DNA from: Felis catus
Taxonomy: Eukaryota
DNA: 64,000 nt
Direction of reading: 5' to 3'
NCBI RefSeq assembly: GCF_018350175.1
Contig: NC_058368.1
Coordinates: 45,324,001 to 45,388,000 of the forward strand
Both the position numbers and the translations under genes were made by a program. Below, piece after piece: positions 1-11,546 of this stretch. Within the stretch, counting starts at the first letter, position 1, and each line of letters starts with the position of its first letter. The notes beneath the pieces are model-generated. The model ran no database searches and was not told the origin of the DNA. It worked only from the letters and a program-made list of their open reading frames with translations.

Positions 1-321
1 TCTTATGACTTTTCTTCATTCTAATCTTGTACTCCCATATTTCCTTGAGATCATTCTTAGATTATCACTTATTTGCTCTACCATCTTATAACCCATGAAA
101 TTACAGAGAAAACTTTGAAATACCTTGAATTTTGAACTGCTTTATTTTATGCAGGATTTTAGCTACTTTAAAATTTCATATGAATAGCTTTGTAGAAATA
201 CTAATACCAAGTTGTGAAATAAGATCTAGTGGTTGTTGTTGTTGTTTTTCAAAATTCTCTCTTAACCCAAATCCCTCTAATAAGGACCTTGTTTAAAAGA
301 TATGCATTAAAAACTTTGTCA

Positions 322-518
322 GGGGCACCTAGGTGGCTCAGTTAGTTAAGCGTCCGACTTTGGCTCAGGCCATGATCTCATGGTTCATGAGTTTGAGCCC
401 CTGCATTGGGCTCTGTGCTGACAGCTCAGAGCCTGGAGCCTGCTTCAGATTCTGTCTCCCGCTCTCTGCCCCTCCCCCACTCAACTCTCTCTCTTAAAAA
501 TAAATAAACATTAAAAAA
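322..518 (+). mobile_element. Can-SINE (SINEC_Fc type)
   Basis: GGGGCACC-AGGTGGCTCAG head with pol III A-box, CATGATCTC...GAGCCC B-box region, (CT)n stretch and AATAAA/A-rich tail. Confidence 0.95.
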
Positions 519-1934
519 CAAAACTTACTCTGTCAATAAAAGACATTGGGAAAAATAGTATTTTGTTTTTTAATTAAAGTTTTCCATTTCTGTAGCTTAA
601 ACAGAATTGTGTTTGAAGGCAGGCATCAGAAGGTAAATCAAGTAACAGGAGTTCTAAACTCAAAATTCTAAAATGTTATACTCTTTTTATACAATTTTTA
701 AAAGAACAAAGTTTAAAAGGGATACTCCAAATCATTTCTGTTTTAATACTTAAAAATTATATGCTATTTTTGCATGTTACCATTCAGTCCCTAAAGTGCA
801 CAAACCATGCAGGGCCAAGAAAATCATTTGATTGGTTAATCAAGACTTTTATAGAAAAATATTGACTTCAGACACAGTTATCTACCATTGAATGTCAAAT
901 TTCCCTACATCTTCTACTTCCTTTATGCCACTGATGTCTCTTTCCTTATATCCATCTCATAGTAACTGACATGTTCCACTTTAAAATGATAGTCATTAAA
1001 ATGTGTCTGGGAAGGTCTATAATAAAAACACATCAATTTTTTTCAAGTCTGATACCACCTGTCAGGTATCACGTTAACGTGAATGTGTTCACAACAAATT
1101 AAATAACTATAAAAATACAAATATGATTTGAAAACTATAACCCTTTTACTGACTGCCCTAATTGCAATGTTTCATGATTTAAAAAAAATTATACCTACGC
1201 AAATTTTCTTTAAATATATATGCAAACACAAAGGAGATTTTTGTTTTCATTTTCAATGCTAAAATGTTTGGGTCTCAGTTTTTTGTTTTTTTAAATGAGG
1301 GCTCTAAATTTCCCAAAGCCTTTGTATTACTGGCAGTACAAAAATTGACAGCTTACATTAAGAGGTGTCTTTTTAGCTTAGTGGTTAGAAAGATAGTCTT
1401 GTGGGTCAGGCAAGCATAAATTAAATCAATATTTTGCAAAATTTCCTTGTAGCCTTTATTTCCCTTCATATTTCTAACTTGTCAAAAATCACTTCCTCTT
1501 TTTTTTAGGACAGTGACTGAAAAAAATGTATGTCTAATTCACAATTAATGAATTCTTTTGTCAAATATCAAAATGGAAAGTTAATCTTAATTTTGAACTA
1601 ACATCAAAACACTGAATTTTCCATTCAACCTGAGTGTATTTACTTCTTTGCTTTTCTGCCAGAAGTTACTTTCCTATTTTGCATTAAAACTTACAGATGT
1701 CCTCAAGAACTTTCCTACGTGAGAATTGGTATATTGGAAAACAGTGATATATTGGAAAACACACATTTCCTGTATGTATGACCTAAATAAATGTTTTCCA
1801 TTGGGCTAAATAAAAATATAAATGTATTTTATATATATTTATATGTAAAAAAGTATATATTAGCTACATTTTATGAGGTTTTTAAATTCCATTTGTGTGT
1901 GTGTGTGTGTTTGAGCTAAATGTTTTCCACTTAT

Positions 1935-2010
1935 AAGTGTTGAATCATTATATCGTACACCTGAAACTAATATTACACTGTACATTAACTAGAATTTAAA
2001 TAAAAACTTT
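1935..2010 (+). mobile_element. Short carnivore L1 3'-terminal fragment
   Basis: TGAATCATTATATCGTACACCTGAAACTAATATTACACTGTA...AATAAAAA resembles the L1 3' end at 10330-10404. Confidence 0.7.
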
Positions 2011-3099
2011 TCCAATTTTTTAAAAATGTAGCTAACATTTTAAAATAAATTGATTTTAAAATGCTTTAGAAAAGCATCAGGGGGCAAAAAAGAGATCCAT
2101 AATAAAAGAGCAACGGACAGCACTTAGAAATGCAGTGGGACAGATCATAAAGCATATAGAATCATAATGGTTTAGTCTGACAGTAATTGTGTTTTTACTT
2201 ATTTCATCTTTCTAAAACTCTGTCACTAGGGAATTAATTAATGGTGTTAAGTAATTGGATATGTGCATATAGTATAATATATCTTGCACTGCTGAGCTCA
2301 TTCTGTCTATGCCATTTTATAAACTAATTTTCCTTTTGTATTTCCCTGTCAATAAATCTTTTGGTAAGCATTTTTTTCAGGAATATATTTCACATAAATT
2401 CATAATATTCTTTACCATTTTCATTTTGTTAGACAGTAGTTTGATTCCAATGGATGGATTACAGAAAATGCTATAATGTTTATGCAGTCTTGCATTGATA
2501 TTATGTCCTTATTACAGACTTGTTATCAGCAGATATACTGAGTCAGTTTATGAACATTTTAAAGGATATTAGTTTATTGTTTCAAAATACTTTTAAAACT
2601 CCAGTATGTTTTCAGTGAATTAGCAATAGAAAAGTTTATGTTGCTCAGAGAATACTTTCATTGGCACCATTTACAATCTTCTTCAAAAGAATTAGTGAAA
2701 AAATCACATTGTTGTTGACTTTTGTTTGCTAAGATGATTGAAATATCTGCCTGTATTTTATTAGTCATTTGCCTTTAGTCTTTCAATTTTCTGTTTCCTT
2801 GTCTTTAAAACAGATAGCTTGCTAGTATTACTATATTCATTTTGTTGTTGTGGTCGTCATCCTTGCCGCTGTTGTTCTGACTCATAACTATCGTTTATAT
2901 ACAAATATTTTCTCATCTTGATTTTTACTTTCTATTCACATGTATATTATTTATTATTGGCAAAAGCTGTATACAAAATGTTTATGATACTTACTTGATC
3001 AGTTTTTACCCCACTAAACCCTAAGGGAGAGTAGCTAACAAATGTATGACAGCCTAAAGTATAACTAGGCAATAATAAATAAGGCATTAGAAAAATAAT

Positions 3100-3287
3100 T
3101 TGTTTTTTTAAAATGTTTATTCATTTGTTTTGAAAGAGAGCGAGAAAGTGTGTGTGAGTGGGGAGGGGACAGAGAGAGGAAAGAGTGTCCCACGCAGGCT
3201 CTGCACCATTTGCAGAGTCTGACGTGGGGCTTGATCTCACAAACTGAGATCATGACCGGAGTTGAAATCAGAAGTCAGACACACGCC
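3100..3287 (-). mobile_element. Can-SINE lacking its A-box segment
   Basis: Reverse-strand SINE body; 12-bp TSD TAGAAAAATAAT at 3088-3099 and 3288-3299. Confidence 0.9.
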
Positions 3288-3959
3288 TAGAAAAATAATA
3301 GTACATTATGTTGAAATATTTCAATAATATTCAAGAATTGAAAGGATTTCAAAATTGTAAACCAAATATTGTTGAAAATCAAAAGGAAAAATGTAAGACT
3401 CTGAGAGAAGGAAAACTGCCTATGGTCTTTGGGACCTGAGAAACAACACAAAAGGTTTATTTATTTATTTTGATTTTGTATATCTTAGACTTAGAACTGA
3501 ACTCTAAGAACTATAACTCCAACAGGCCCAGACAAAACTTATCCAACAAAAACTATTCACTATAGCTGAATGACAGGGAGAGACAGTGTAGAAAGATATA
3601 AAAATTTTAAATAATAGTTGCTCTAGTCAAACAACACAGAAAAATTTGGTGTTACTCCCATCCACATGGGCAAAGGGAGAGTAGGGAATGGAGACCTCCA
3701 TTATCTATGAGGCTGTAATGAAATTTCTCACACCCCTGAAAGACTAGTGACAGATAATGCCAAGTAGGTAGTAGAGAATTTCCTTCGCTGACTGGCAATG
3801 AGTCTCACCTGAGTGATGTCAGTGGTGACCACAAGGGAAGTCTGGACTTCTACTTCTTTGGGCAATAGTGAGACACCTTTCCCCCTCTATACTTGGGTTT
3901 TGTCAGAGAAAGACTAGTGGAGAGTCTTATTACCATCCAACATTAACAAAGCCATTTCT

Positions 3960-4229
3960 GGGATGCCTGGGTGGCTCAGTTGGTTAAGCATCCAACTCTT
4001 GATTTTAGCTCAGGTCATGATCAGGTCATGATCTCATGAGATCTCATGATCTCAAGGGGCTCTGATGCGAGCCCCGCATCAGGTTCTGCCCTGACAGTGC
4101 TAAGCCTAATTGGGATTCTCTCTCTCTCCCTCTCTATCTGTGCCTCTCCCATTCTGTCTCTCTGTCTCTGTCTCTCTCTGTCTCTCTCTCTGTCTCAAAT
4201 AAATAAAGTTTAAAAAAAAGTAAAAAAAA
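3960..4229 (+). mobile_element. Can-SINE with internal stutter duplications
   Basis: GGGATGCCTGGGTGGCTCAG head, (CT)n/(CTGT)n region, A-tail; imperfect TSD AAAGCCA(T/C)TTC. Confidence 0.95.
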
Positions 4230-5266
4230 GCCACTTCCACCATAAAGCCAACATGGAGACTAGACACCCAATCCCTGCTAGCAGTAAGGAGGAGCCCTCT
4301 CACCTTAACTGATAGTGGAGGCCAACTGGGAACCTGAACCATCAACTCCAAGTTGTAAGTAACTTCAACTTTAAGTAATATGATAGCAACCCTTTCCTTT
4401 CCCCTGTCAGAGTGGTGTTAGAGGAAATTGGTGAAAAGAAAAGAGTATACAAGATCCAGTTTCATAACATAATATCCACAATGTCTAGATTTCAATAGAA
4501 AATCACTCATCATACCAAGACCAAAGAAGATTTCAAATTAAATGAGAAAAGATAATCAAGAGATGCCATTGCAGGCTGGAAATGTCAGATTTATCTGATA
4601 AGGATTTTAAAGTAACCACACTAAATACGTTTCACTGAGCAATTAATAACATGCTTGAAACAAATGTAAAAATAGAAAGTCTTGGCAAAGAAATAGAAAA
4701 TCTAAAGAAGAGGCAAATGAAAATTTGAGAACGGAAAATGCAAAATTCAGCAGACAGGATCAGTATCAAAATTGAGGAAACAGAAGAAACATCAGTGAAT
4801 TGGAAGATGGAACAATAGTGACACACTACAGATAACAGAGAGAAAAAATGAAAAATAAAAAAACAGATATCCATGGATCTGTGGTGCAGTAACAAAATAA
4901 CCAACTTTTGCATGATCAATATCCTAGGAAAGGAAGAAGAGGGAAGGGCTATAAAAGTACTTGATAAAATAATGGACAAAATCTCCCCAGATTAGGTTAA
5001 ATAAGTAAACCTACAGATTCAAGAAGCTGAGCAAACAATGTTATACAATTCTAACAGGGGGTGTAATTTGAGCCTGGGTTTATCTATCTATAAACCCTAT
5101 ACTCTGGCTTCCATGTTATGTTCTCCTCATAGATAATAATTAACAAAATAACCAAAGGGAATTTTATAACATTTCAAAACTTCTTTTTGATTAAAAAGAA
5201 ATACTCTCAGAACATTAAAAATGCAATAAAGTTTCTTTATAATGGTTAGAAAAACTTATCATAGAT

Positions 5267-5269
5267 GGA

Positions 5270-5336
<67 letters not shown>

Positions 5337-5419
5337 GAAAGGAAAGGAAAGGAAAGGAAAGGAAAGGAAAGGAAAGGAAAGGAAAGGAAAGGAAAGGAAG
5401 GGAGGGAGGAAGAAGAAAG
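5267..5419 (+). repeat. Compound purine microsatellite (GAAA)17(GGAAA)12 plus GGAG/GAA
   Basis: Directly visible uninterrupted purine run. Confidence 0.98.
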
Positions 5420-5765
5420 CAAAAGAAAAATCTGAGCAAAATCCAAATAGGATAATTTTAAAGAAATCAGTGCTAAAACATCTGATATTTAAACTTCTGA
5501 AAGTGAGAGAAAGAAAGTCTTGAAAGCTGCCAGAAAAAATCATCATCTTGTCTATAGTGGGAAATACTATTACAATGACAAAGGACTTCTCATTAGAAGC
5601 TTCTGAGGTTAGTGGAAGTAACAACAATGTATTTCAATCCTGGTTAAAAACAAACAAATAAGCAAACCCATATCAATCTATAATTTTATACACTGTAAAA
5701 ATATTGCTCAGTATTATAGGGAAAAATCAAGACATTCTCAGATTAAGTAAAACTCAGAGAATTTT

Positions 5766-5965
5766 GGGGATGCCTCGGTGGCTCAGCTGGTTAAGCAGCT
5801 GACTTGATTTCAGCTCAGGTCATATTCTCACAGTTCATGGGATTGAGCCCCATGTGTTGCACTAACAGCACTCAGCCTGCTTCAGATTTTCTCTCTCTTC
5901 CCCTCGCTGCCCCTCCCCCACTCATTCTCTCTCTCTCAAAATAAATAAAATAAACTTAAAAAAAA
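5766..5965 (+). mobile_element. Can-SINE
   Basis: GGGGATGCCTCGGTGGCTCAG head, CT-rich region, AATAAA tail. Confidence 0.95.
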
Positions 5966-6489
5966 CTAAGAACTTTTAATTGCAGATCTATCCTAAAAAT
6001 GACTAAGGTTTTCTAATAAGACAAAGAACAATTTAAAAAAATTGGAATATTAAGAAGGAATAAAAAACACAGCATGCAAAAATATAGGTAATTACAAGAT
6101 TTTCTTTTTCTCTTGATTCTTTAAAATCATATGTTAAAAGTGAAGAAAAAATTATAATATTGTTTGGTGTGGTTATAAAATTATGTAAAGGAAATAGTTA
6201 AGACAATTATATTATAAATGGAAGAGAATAAAGGAATATAGGGAGGTAATAACTAATGTATATATAATAGCTAGAATAGCAAAAGAATATTAAACAAAAA
6301 AGATATACACAAGACTTAAAATAAATTAAAATGGAATTCCAAAAAAAAAACCATTTAAGTAACAGAAAGGGAAATGGAAACAAGGACATGAAGAACAGAG
6401 AAAACAAAAATAAAATGCTTAGCATATCAAAAATTATATTAAAGATGAATGTCCTAAATATACCACTCAAAAACCAAAGAAGTGCATGA

Positions 6490-6840
6490 ATCTTGAGGAG
6501 CATTATACTGTCTTGATGACCATTCCTGATGTTCCATGAATTCCAAGACTTTCTACCCTGCCTGGTGGTAACACAGACTGTTGTAATCCTCTCTGAGCTC
6601 AGAGGAACTATTCCATTGTTCTTTTTGGGTCATTCTTTTCCCCATACTGGTAATTTCCTTTATATGCAGGTGGTGATCAATAACTAGCTAAATACTTTAG
6701 AGGGATTCTTTACAGATATCTGGTGCACCCTTCTCTTCTCCAATAATTCACTTTGCAAATTCTAGCCACTTTGGCTTGGTACTCCCTGTACTATCTGTTT
6801 ATCTCAGAGAGCTCAGTGGGCTCCACATGCCTCTCTCTCA
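6490..6840 (-). mobile_element. Old L1M 5'-region fragment
   Basis: TTTGCAAATTCTAGCCACTTTGGC...CTCAGAGAG...GGGCTCC resembles the antisense L1MC/L1MD 5' region (from memory). Confidence 0.5.
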
Positions 6841-6862
6841 ATTTAGACATTAGGACAGTAAT

Positions 6863-7079
6863 GGGACACCTGGGTGGCTCAGTTGGTTAAGCATCACACT
6901 TCCATTCAGGTCATGATCTCACGGTTCATGGGTTCAAGCCCCTCATTGGGCTCTGTGCAGACAGCTCAGAGCCTGAAGCCTGCTTCAGATTCTGTGTCAC
7001 CCTTTCTCTCTGCCCGTTCCCCACTCATACTCTGTCTCTCTCAAAAATAGATATTAGAAGAAAATGTAAAAAAAAAAAG
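6863..7079 (+). mobile_element. Can-SINE
   Basis: GGGACACCTGGGTGGCTCAG head, ACAGCTCAGAGCCTG felid-type segment, A-tail. Confidence 0.95.
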
Positions 7080-7080
7080 A

Positions 7081-7412
7081 AATTAGGCAGAGTAAGATTA
7101 ACAGTTATTGATAATAGGATAATTATAAGAATATAGTGTAATAAAAGTTATGTGAATGTGGTTTCTCTTTCTCTCTCAAAATACCTTATTGTACTGTGCT
7201 CATGGCCTTCTTGTGATGATGGGAGATGACAACATGCCTATGTAATGAGATGAAGTGAGGGAAATAATGTAGGCATTGTGATGTAGCATTAGGCTACTAT
7301 TGACCTTCTAATCATACATCAGAAGGAGAATCATCTGCTTCTGGACAATGGTTGACGTCTGTAATGTGTAACTGAAAATGTGGAAAGTGAAACAGGGATA
7401 AGGGGACTACCA
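7081..7412 (-). mobile_element. MER44-type (Tigger7-derived) DNA transposon fragment
   Basis: AATAAAAGTTATGTGAATGTGG...CTCTCAAAATA, GTAGCATTAGGCTACTATTGACCTTCT and terminal GGATAAGGGGACTAC match the recalled MER44 reverse complement. Confidence 0.8.
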
Positions 7413-7866
7413 TATTTTTAAATATTTGGTTATATATGGTAGTATATTTAACCACATTTTATTCTTCCCAGATAGTAAATAAATGTGAAATCAATTTTGA
7501 AAGCCCCTATACATAGCTTTAGGGGAGAAGCAGGTTTATGTTGCCATAAAATCCCTGATATTGACTAAACCATTAAAATATTAATGATGTGCAAATGTGG
7601 TTCATTCAGATTTAGTGGGTCACTTATTAGTAGCAAATTGTTCAATTGGTGAGACTTATGAACTATTCCATTACATCAAGGTTCTTATTTTTAATTTACT
7701 TTAAGTAAATGATAAGTTATTAAATTCCATAGAATTCAAGATTATATTTCACAGTGTATGTGATTGGATTTCAGATTATGAAACCCAGTACTTTAATTAG
7801 GAAAATAAGGACTTGAGAATTTTAGTAAATATTGCACAGAATAAAACTTAGTCTAAAAGTTGTTTA

Positions 7867-8089
7867 GGGGCACCTGGGTGGCTCAGTTGTTTAAAGTCCA
7901 ACTCTTGGTTTTGGCTCAGGCCATGATCTCACAGTTCGTAAGTTCAAGCCCCAAGTCCAGCTCCATGCTGACAATGCAGATCCTGTTTGGGATTCTCTCT
8001 CTCTCCCTCTGTCTTTGCTCCTCCTCCAATCATGCTCGCACCCTCTCTCTCTCTCCCTCTCTCTCTTTCAATAAATAAATTAAAAAAAA
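7867..8089 (+). mobile_element. Can-SINE
   Basis: GGGGCACCTGGGTGGCTCAG head, (CT)n, AATAAA tail. Confidence 0.95.
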
Positions 8090-8115
8090 TTAGTTTAAAG
8101 TAAAATCATAATCTT

Positions 8116-8334
8116 ATTTTTTTAATTTTTTAATGTTTATTTTTGAAAGAGAGAAAGAGAGAGACAGAGTGAGAGAGGGGGAGGGGCAGAGAGAAGAAGA
8201 CATAGAATCCCAGGCAGGCTCCAGGTTTTGAGCTGTCTGCACAGACCCCAACGTGGGGCTCAAACCCACAGACTGCAAGATGATGGCCTGAGTGGAAGAT
8301 GGACGCTTAACCAACTGAACCACCCAGGTGCCCC
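8116..8334 (-). mobile_element. Can-SINE
   Basis: T-rich tail, (GA)n, ends CACCCAGGTGCCCC; TSD ATAATCTT at 8108-8115 and 8335-8342. Confidence 0.95.
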
Positions 8335-8739
8335 ATAATCTTTTATTTTTAAGTGATTTGGCTAGAATTCTTTTTCCTGAGCCTTTATGTTATTTGTTTT
8401 ATTTATAATACTTAAGGTACTCACTGAATTATATCTCCTACAGATTTTAAACATATTTAAATTGATACTCATTTGCAGAGAAAACTCATCTTTTAATAGT
8501 GAGGCCCTCATAGTTTGAAGAAAATAATACTAAATAAAAGTTTTAAAATAATTACTCTTTTTCCCGCTATGTAAATTTGTATTAATCACACATAAACTGA
8601 AAGTGGCTTTCTTACAGGTAGATCAGCCTCCGATGAAACTGTAATTTAATAAAAATATGTTATGGCTTGTACAATATACTCCACATTGCAGCCTAGAAAA
8701 TTCCAAGGTATTCAACTACAATGTAGCCGATCACCTTAC

Positions 8740-9155
8740 TGATGCCTTTACATACATACTTAATCTTCATAGTCTTAGGAGGCTAGAACTTTATAAGAGT
8801 CCCATTTTATAGAAGAAAACCAGACACTCAGATTAAATAATTTACTTAAGAACATCTGTCTAAAAGTGATAGACTGGGGGTGCCTGGGTGGCTCAGTTGG
8901 TTTAGAGTCCAACTTTGGCTCAGGTCATGATCTTGATGTCTGTGAGTTCAAGCCCCGCATCAGGCTCTGTACTGACAGTTTGGAGCCTGGAGCCTGCTTC
9001 AGATTCTGTGTCTCCCTCCCTCTCTCTCTGCCCCTCCCCTGGTCATGCTCTGTCTCTCTCTGTCAAAAATAAAATAAACATTAAAAAATTTTTTTAAGTG
9101 ATAGACTCAATAATCTAACCATGGCTATATAAATACAAAGCCTGTGCTCCTTCCC
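8740..9155 (-). mobile_element. MIR relic, split by a SINE
   Basis: CCCATTTTATAGAAGAAAACCAGACACTCAGATTAAATAATTTAC core-like motif, resuming after the SINE with AAAGCCTGTGCTC. Confidence 0.55.
8876..9095 (+). mobile_element. Can-SINE
   Basis: Full-length; perfect 12-bp TSD AAGTGATAGACT at 8864-8875 and 9096-9107. Confidence 0.97.
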
Positions 9156-10183
9156 TTGTCTTGTGGTTCAGTGGTTCTCTATCTTATTTCTACAATCCTA
9201 CCTACATCTGTAACTAGCAATGAAAGCACTAGAGGACAGGGTTAAGCATTGAAATAAAAAAGTTTTAAAACATTCTGCCAAGATGAGCTACTATGGATTC
9301 CTTGATAACTCATGCCCTTTCTTAACTTGATCTGTTTCTTTAGATTACTACTTTATACCCTTTGACTTCCAAGTGAAGGTCTACCTCAGTTTCAATTTTT
9401 AGCAAAGCCAATTTTGAAATGAAAAATACAGTCTTCTATTACTGGGCTCTTTGCCCATAATTGATTATAGCATTATCACATTATGCCAGTAATTAGGCAT
9501 TTGTAAGTGTGTTTTTCTAGGTATCCTGAAAGTAGGGACTCTGTTTGGCATGGTGTCCTTACATCCAGTAGTATCAAATGGATGGATAAGTAAACTAACT
9601 GGATGAATCACATATCCAATGAACCAAGCTATAGGAAATGCAAAGAGCAAATGGAGGCTTTATATTCTTTGATAAAGAGGTTCTTTCACAGTATCTATGA
9701 CAAAGGGGTTTTAAATGCAAAACCTTCCATCTCTGAGATAACTTACTAACAATTTTTATGTGTGAAATAACTAAAACTAGCAGACTCATCCCAAATTCTA
9801 GGGAAATACATACAAAACTTACAAGCTGTCAATGGAATCTCTTAGCCTCATCTTTAGGCACCCAATTCTGCATTACAAAGTGTTCAGTCTTATCTAAGCA
9901 GTAAATTTTATTCTATTCACATCACTTCTTCTTCTCAAGAAATAGTTTCATCAGTTTATTTAATGAAAGAAATAAATGACAATAATATCTAATATTTCCT
10001 ACTCCTATTTCCTTTAAGAAGTATATGTATTTCCCTAGGGAGGAAAGAAACATAGTGAAAGAAAAGAAAAACACAACCTATATGGGAGTTCAGGTGTCAG
10101 AAATTAAATTAGGAGATACTATATGGTGGCAAAGTAACATCTCCAGTGCCTATGAAGTCAATCCATCTTTAAGAAAAGGTCAT

Positions 10184-10404
10184 TAGAGAGAAAGGCAAGC
10201 CAAGAAACAGACTCTTTCAACTACAGAAAACTGATGATTATCAGAGGGGAGGTAGGAGGAGGGATGGGTGAAATAGGTGATGGGGATTAAGAAATGCACT
10301 GGCTGTGATGAGCACTGGGTATTGCATGGAAGTGTTGAACTACTATATTGTACACTTGAATCTAATATTATACTGTATGTTAACTCAAAACACTTTAACA
10401 AAAG
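10184..10404 (+). mobile_element. 5'-truncated carnivore L1 3'UTR
   Basis: G-rich 3'UTR (GGGTGAAATAGGTGATGGGGATTAA...GATGAGCACTGGGT); 12-bp TSD AGAAAAGGTCAT at 10172-10183 and 10405-10416. Confidence 0.9.
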
Positions 10405-10777
10405 AGAAAAGGTCATATTTATTTTTTGTTTAGTCTCCCTTTTTAAATGTCTCTTCCTTCATCTCAGGCTGTTCATCATTTCTGTCCCTGAAGGACCTAA
10501 ATGTTGGAAAAGCATCTGATAAAGCTGCTTTAGAGAAGTGGCATTCCATTTTTGCTACATGTCAGCATCATCTAAGAATCCCTTCCCTTCCCTTCCCCTC
10601 CCTACCCTTCCCTTCCCTTTCCTTTCCCTTTCTTTCTACCTCCCTCCCTCCCTCCCTATCTATATATCTTTCTACCCACCCACCCACCAAGACAATCTTA
10701 ACATTTCTCTTAGCTTATTAAATTTTAGACAGGTTTCTATCTGAGTGGAAGTCATGACCTTCCTTTTCTTAGAGCAT

Positions 10778-10778
<1 letters not shown>

Positions 10779-10811
<33 letters not shown>

Positions 10812-10812
10812 C
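10779..10812 (+). repeat. (CAA)n microsatellite
   Basis: Directly visible. Confidence 0.95.
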
Positions 10813-10814
10813 TT

Positions 10815-11408
10815 ATAAGTTCTTTCTCTGTCCCTTTAAGATGAAAATCCTTTTCAAAAGCCTCTTTACAGTTTTACAACCCAAGAATGTCTTCCTCAAG
10901 GACCTGAAAACCATCTCCTTTGGATGTAACAATCAAGGAAGATGCCCCTATTTTGCAGTCTCAGTAGAATGGTGGGAGCTTAACTTTGGTAGATGCCTTG
11001 CTCCAAGTTGTAAAACTATCTTTTATATGACTATATGAGGAAGTTTACCTCTTCTCTGGGCAAAGTCAGAGAGCAAACACAGGTGGCCTACAAATCTCCC
11101 CTCTTTAGCTCTTAAAACATTCTCTTGTCTTGGGGCACCTGGGTGGCTCAGTCAGTTGAGCTACAGACTCTTGATTCTGGCTCACGTCATGATCTCCTAC
11201 TTTGTGAGTCCAAGCCCTGTGTTCAGAGCCTGCTTGGGTGTGTCTCTATATCTCTCTTTCTCTCTCTCAAAATAGATAAATAAACTTAAAAGAAATTCTC
11301 TTGCTTTTCATTTTAGTAAAGTTCAGTTCAATCTCTTCACCCCCAGGCAATAGCTTTGAATAAAGTCTTCCTGAATTAACTAACTTTGGTACAAATTTTG
11401 CTTTGACA
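10815..11408 (+). mobile_element. ERV1 LTR relic, MER34-like, interrupted by a SINE
   Basis: CCTTGCTCCAAGTTGTAAAACTA motif, GAATAAAGTCTTCC polyA region, terminal CTTTGACA; 5' end not resolved. Confidence 0.65.
11132..11292 (+). mobile_element. Can-SINE (short, internally deleted)
   Basis: GGGGCACCTGGGTGGCTCAG head; TSD core ATTCTCTTG on both sides. Confidence 0.9.
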
Positions 11409-11464
11409 CTATTTCTCTCCCCCACCCCCCCTCTCTCTAGCTGCTTAATTCCCTCTTAAATTTT

Positions 11465-11546
11465 TTACAGGTCTAGACCCGGTAAATGTGTGTTTTAAAA
11501 AACTCTACAGTTGATTCTGGTATGTAACCAGGTTTGCCAACCATCG
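11465..11546 (+). mobile_element. MER5-type hAT MITE 3' fragment
   Basis: GTGTTTTAAAAAACTCTACAGTTGATTCTGGTATGTAACCAGGTTTGCCAACCA resembles the MER5 right end. Confidence 0.5.

Larger units (their letters stand above)
3370..6480 (+). mobile_element. Old L1M (L1MC/L1MD-like) 5'UTR, ORF1 relic and inter-ORF region, interrupted by SINEs and a ~400-bp insertion
   Basis: A-rich plus strand with decayed ORF1-like motifs (AAACCTACAGATTCAAGAAGCTGAGCAAA; GACTTCTCATTAGAAGC; AATCAAGACATTCTCAGAT); no intact ORF. Confidence 0.7.

Noticed and set aside
322..400. tRNA genes at SINE heads
   Set aside because: The A/B boxes are the tRNA-derived part of Can-SINEs and continue into SINE body and tail; no cloverleaf.
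5215..5627. Lys/Glu/Arg-rich and Phe/Leu/Ser-rich ORFs
   Set aside because: They translate the (GAAA)n(GGAAA)n microsatellite.
7860..9097. Recurring MAQ/AQVMIS...SSP.SGS peptides (also at 22596, 28684, 45068, 54106)
   Set aside because: They are Can-SINE sequence in translation, not a gene family.
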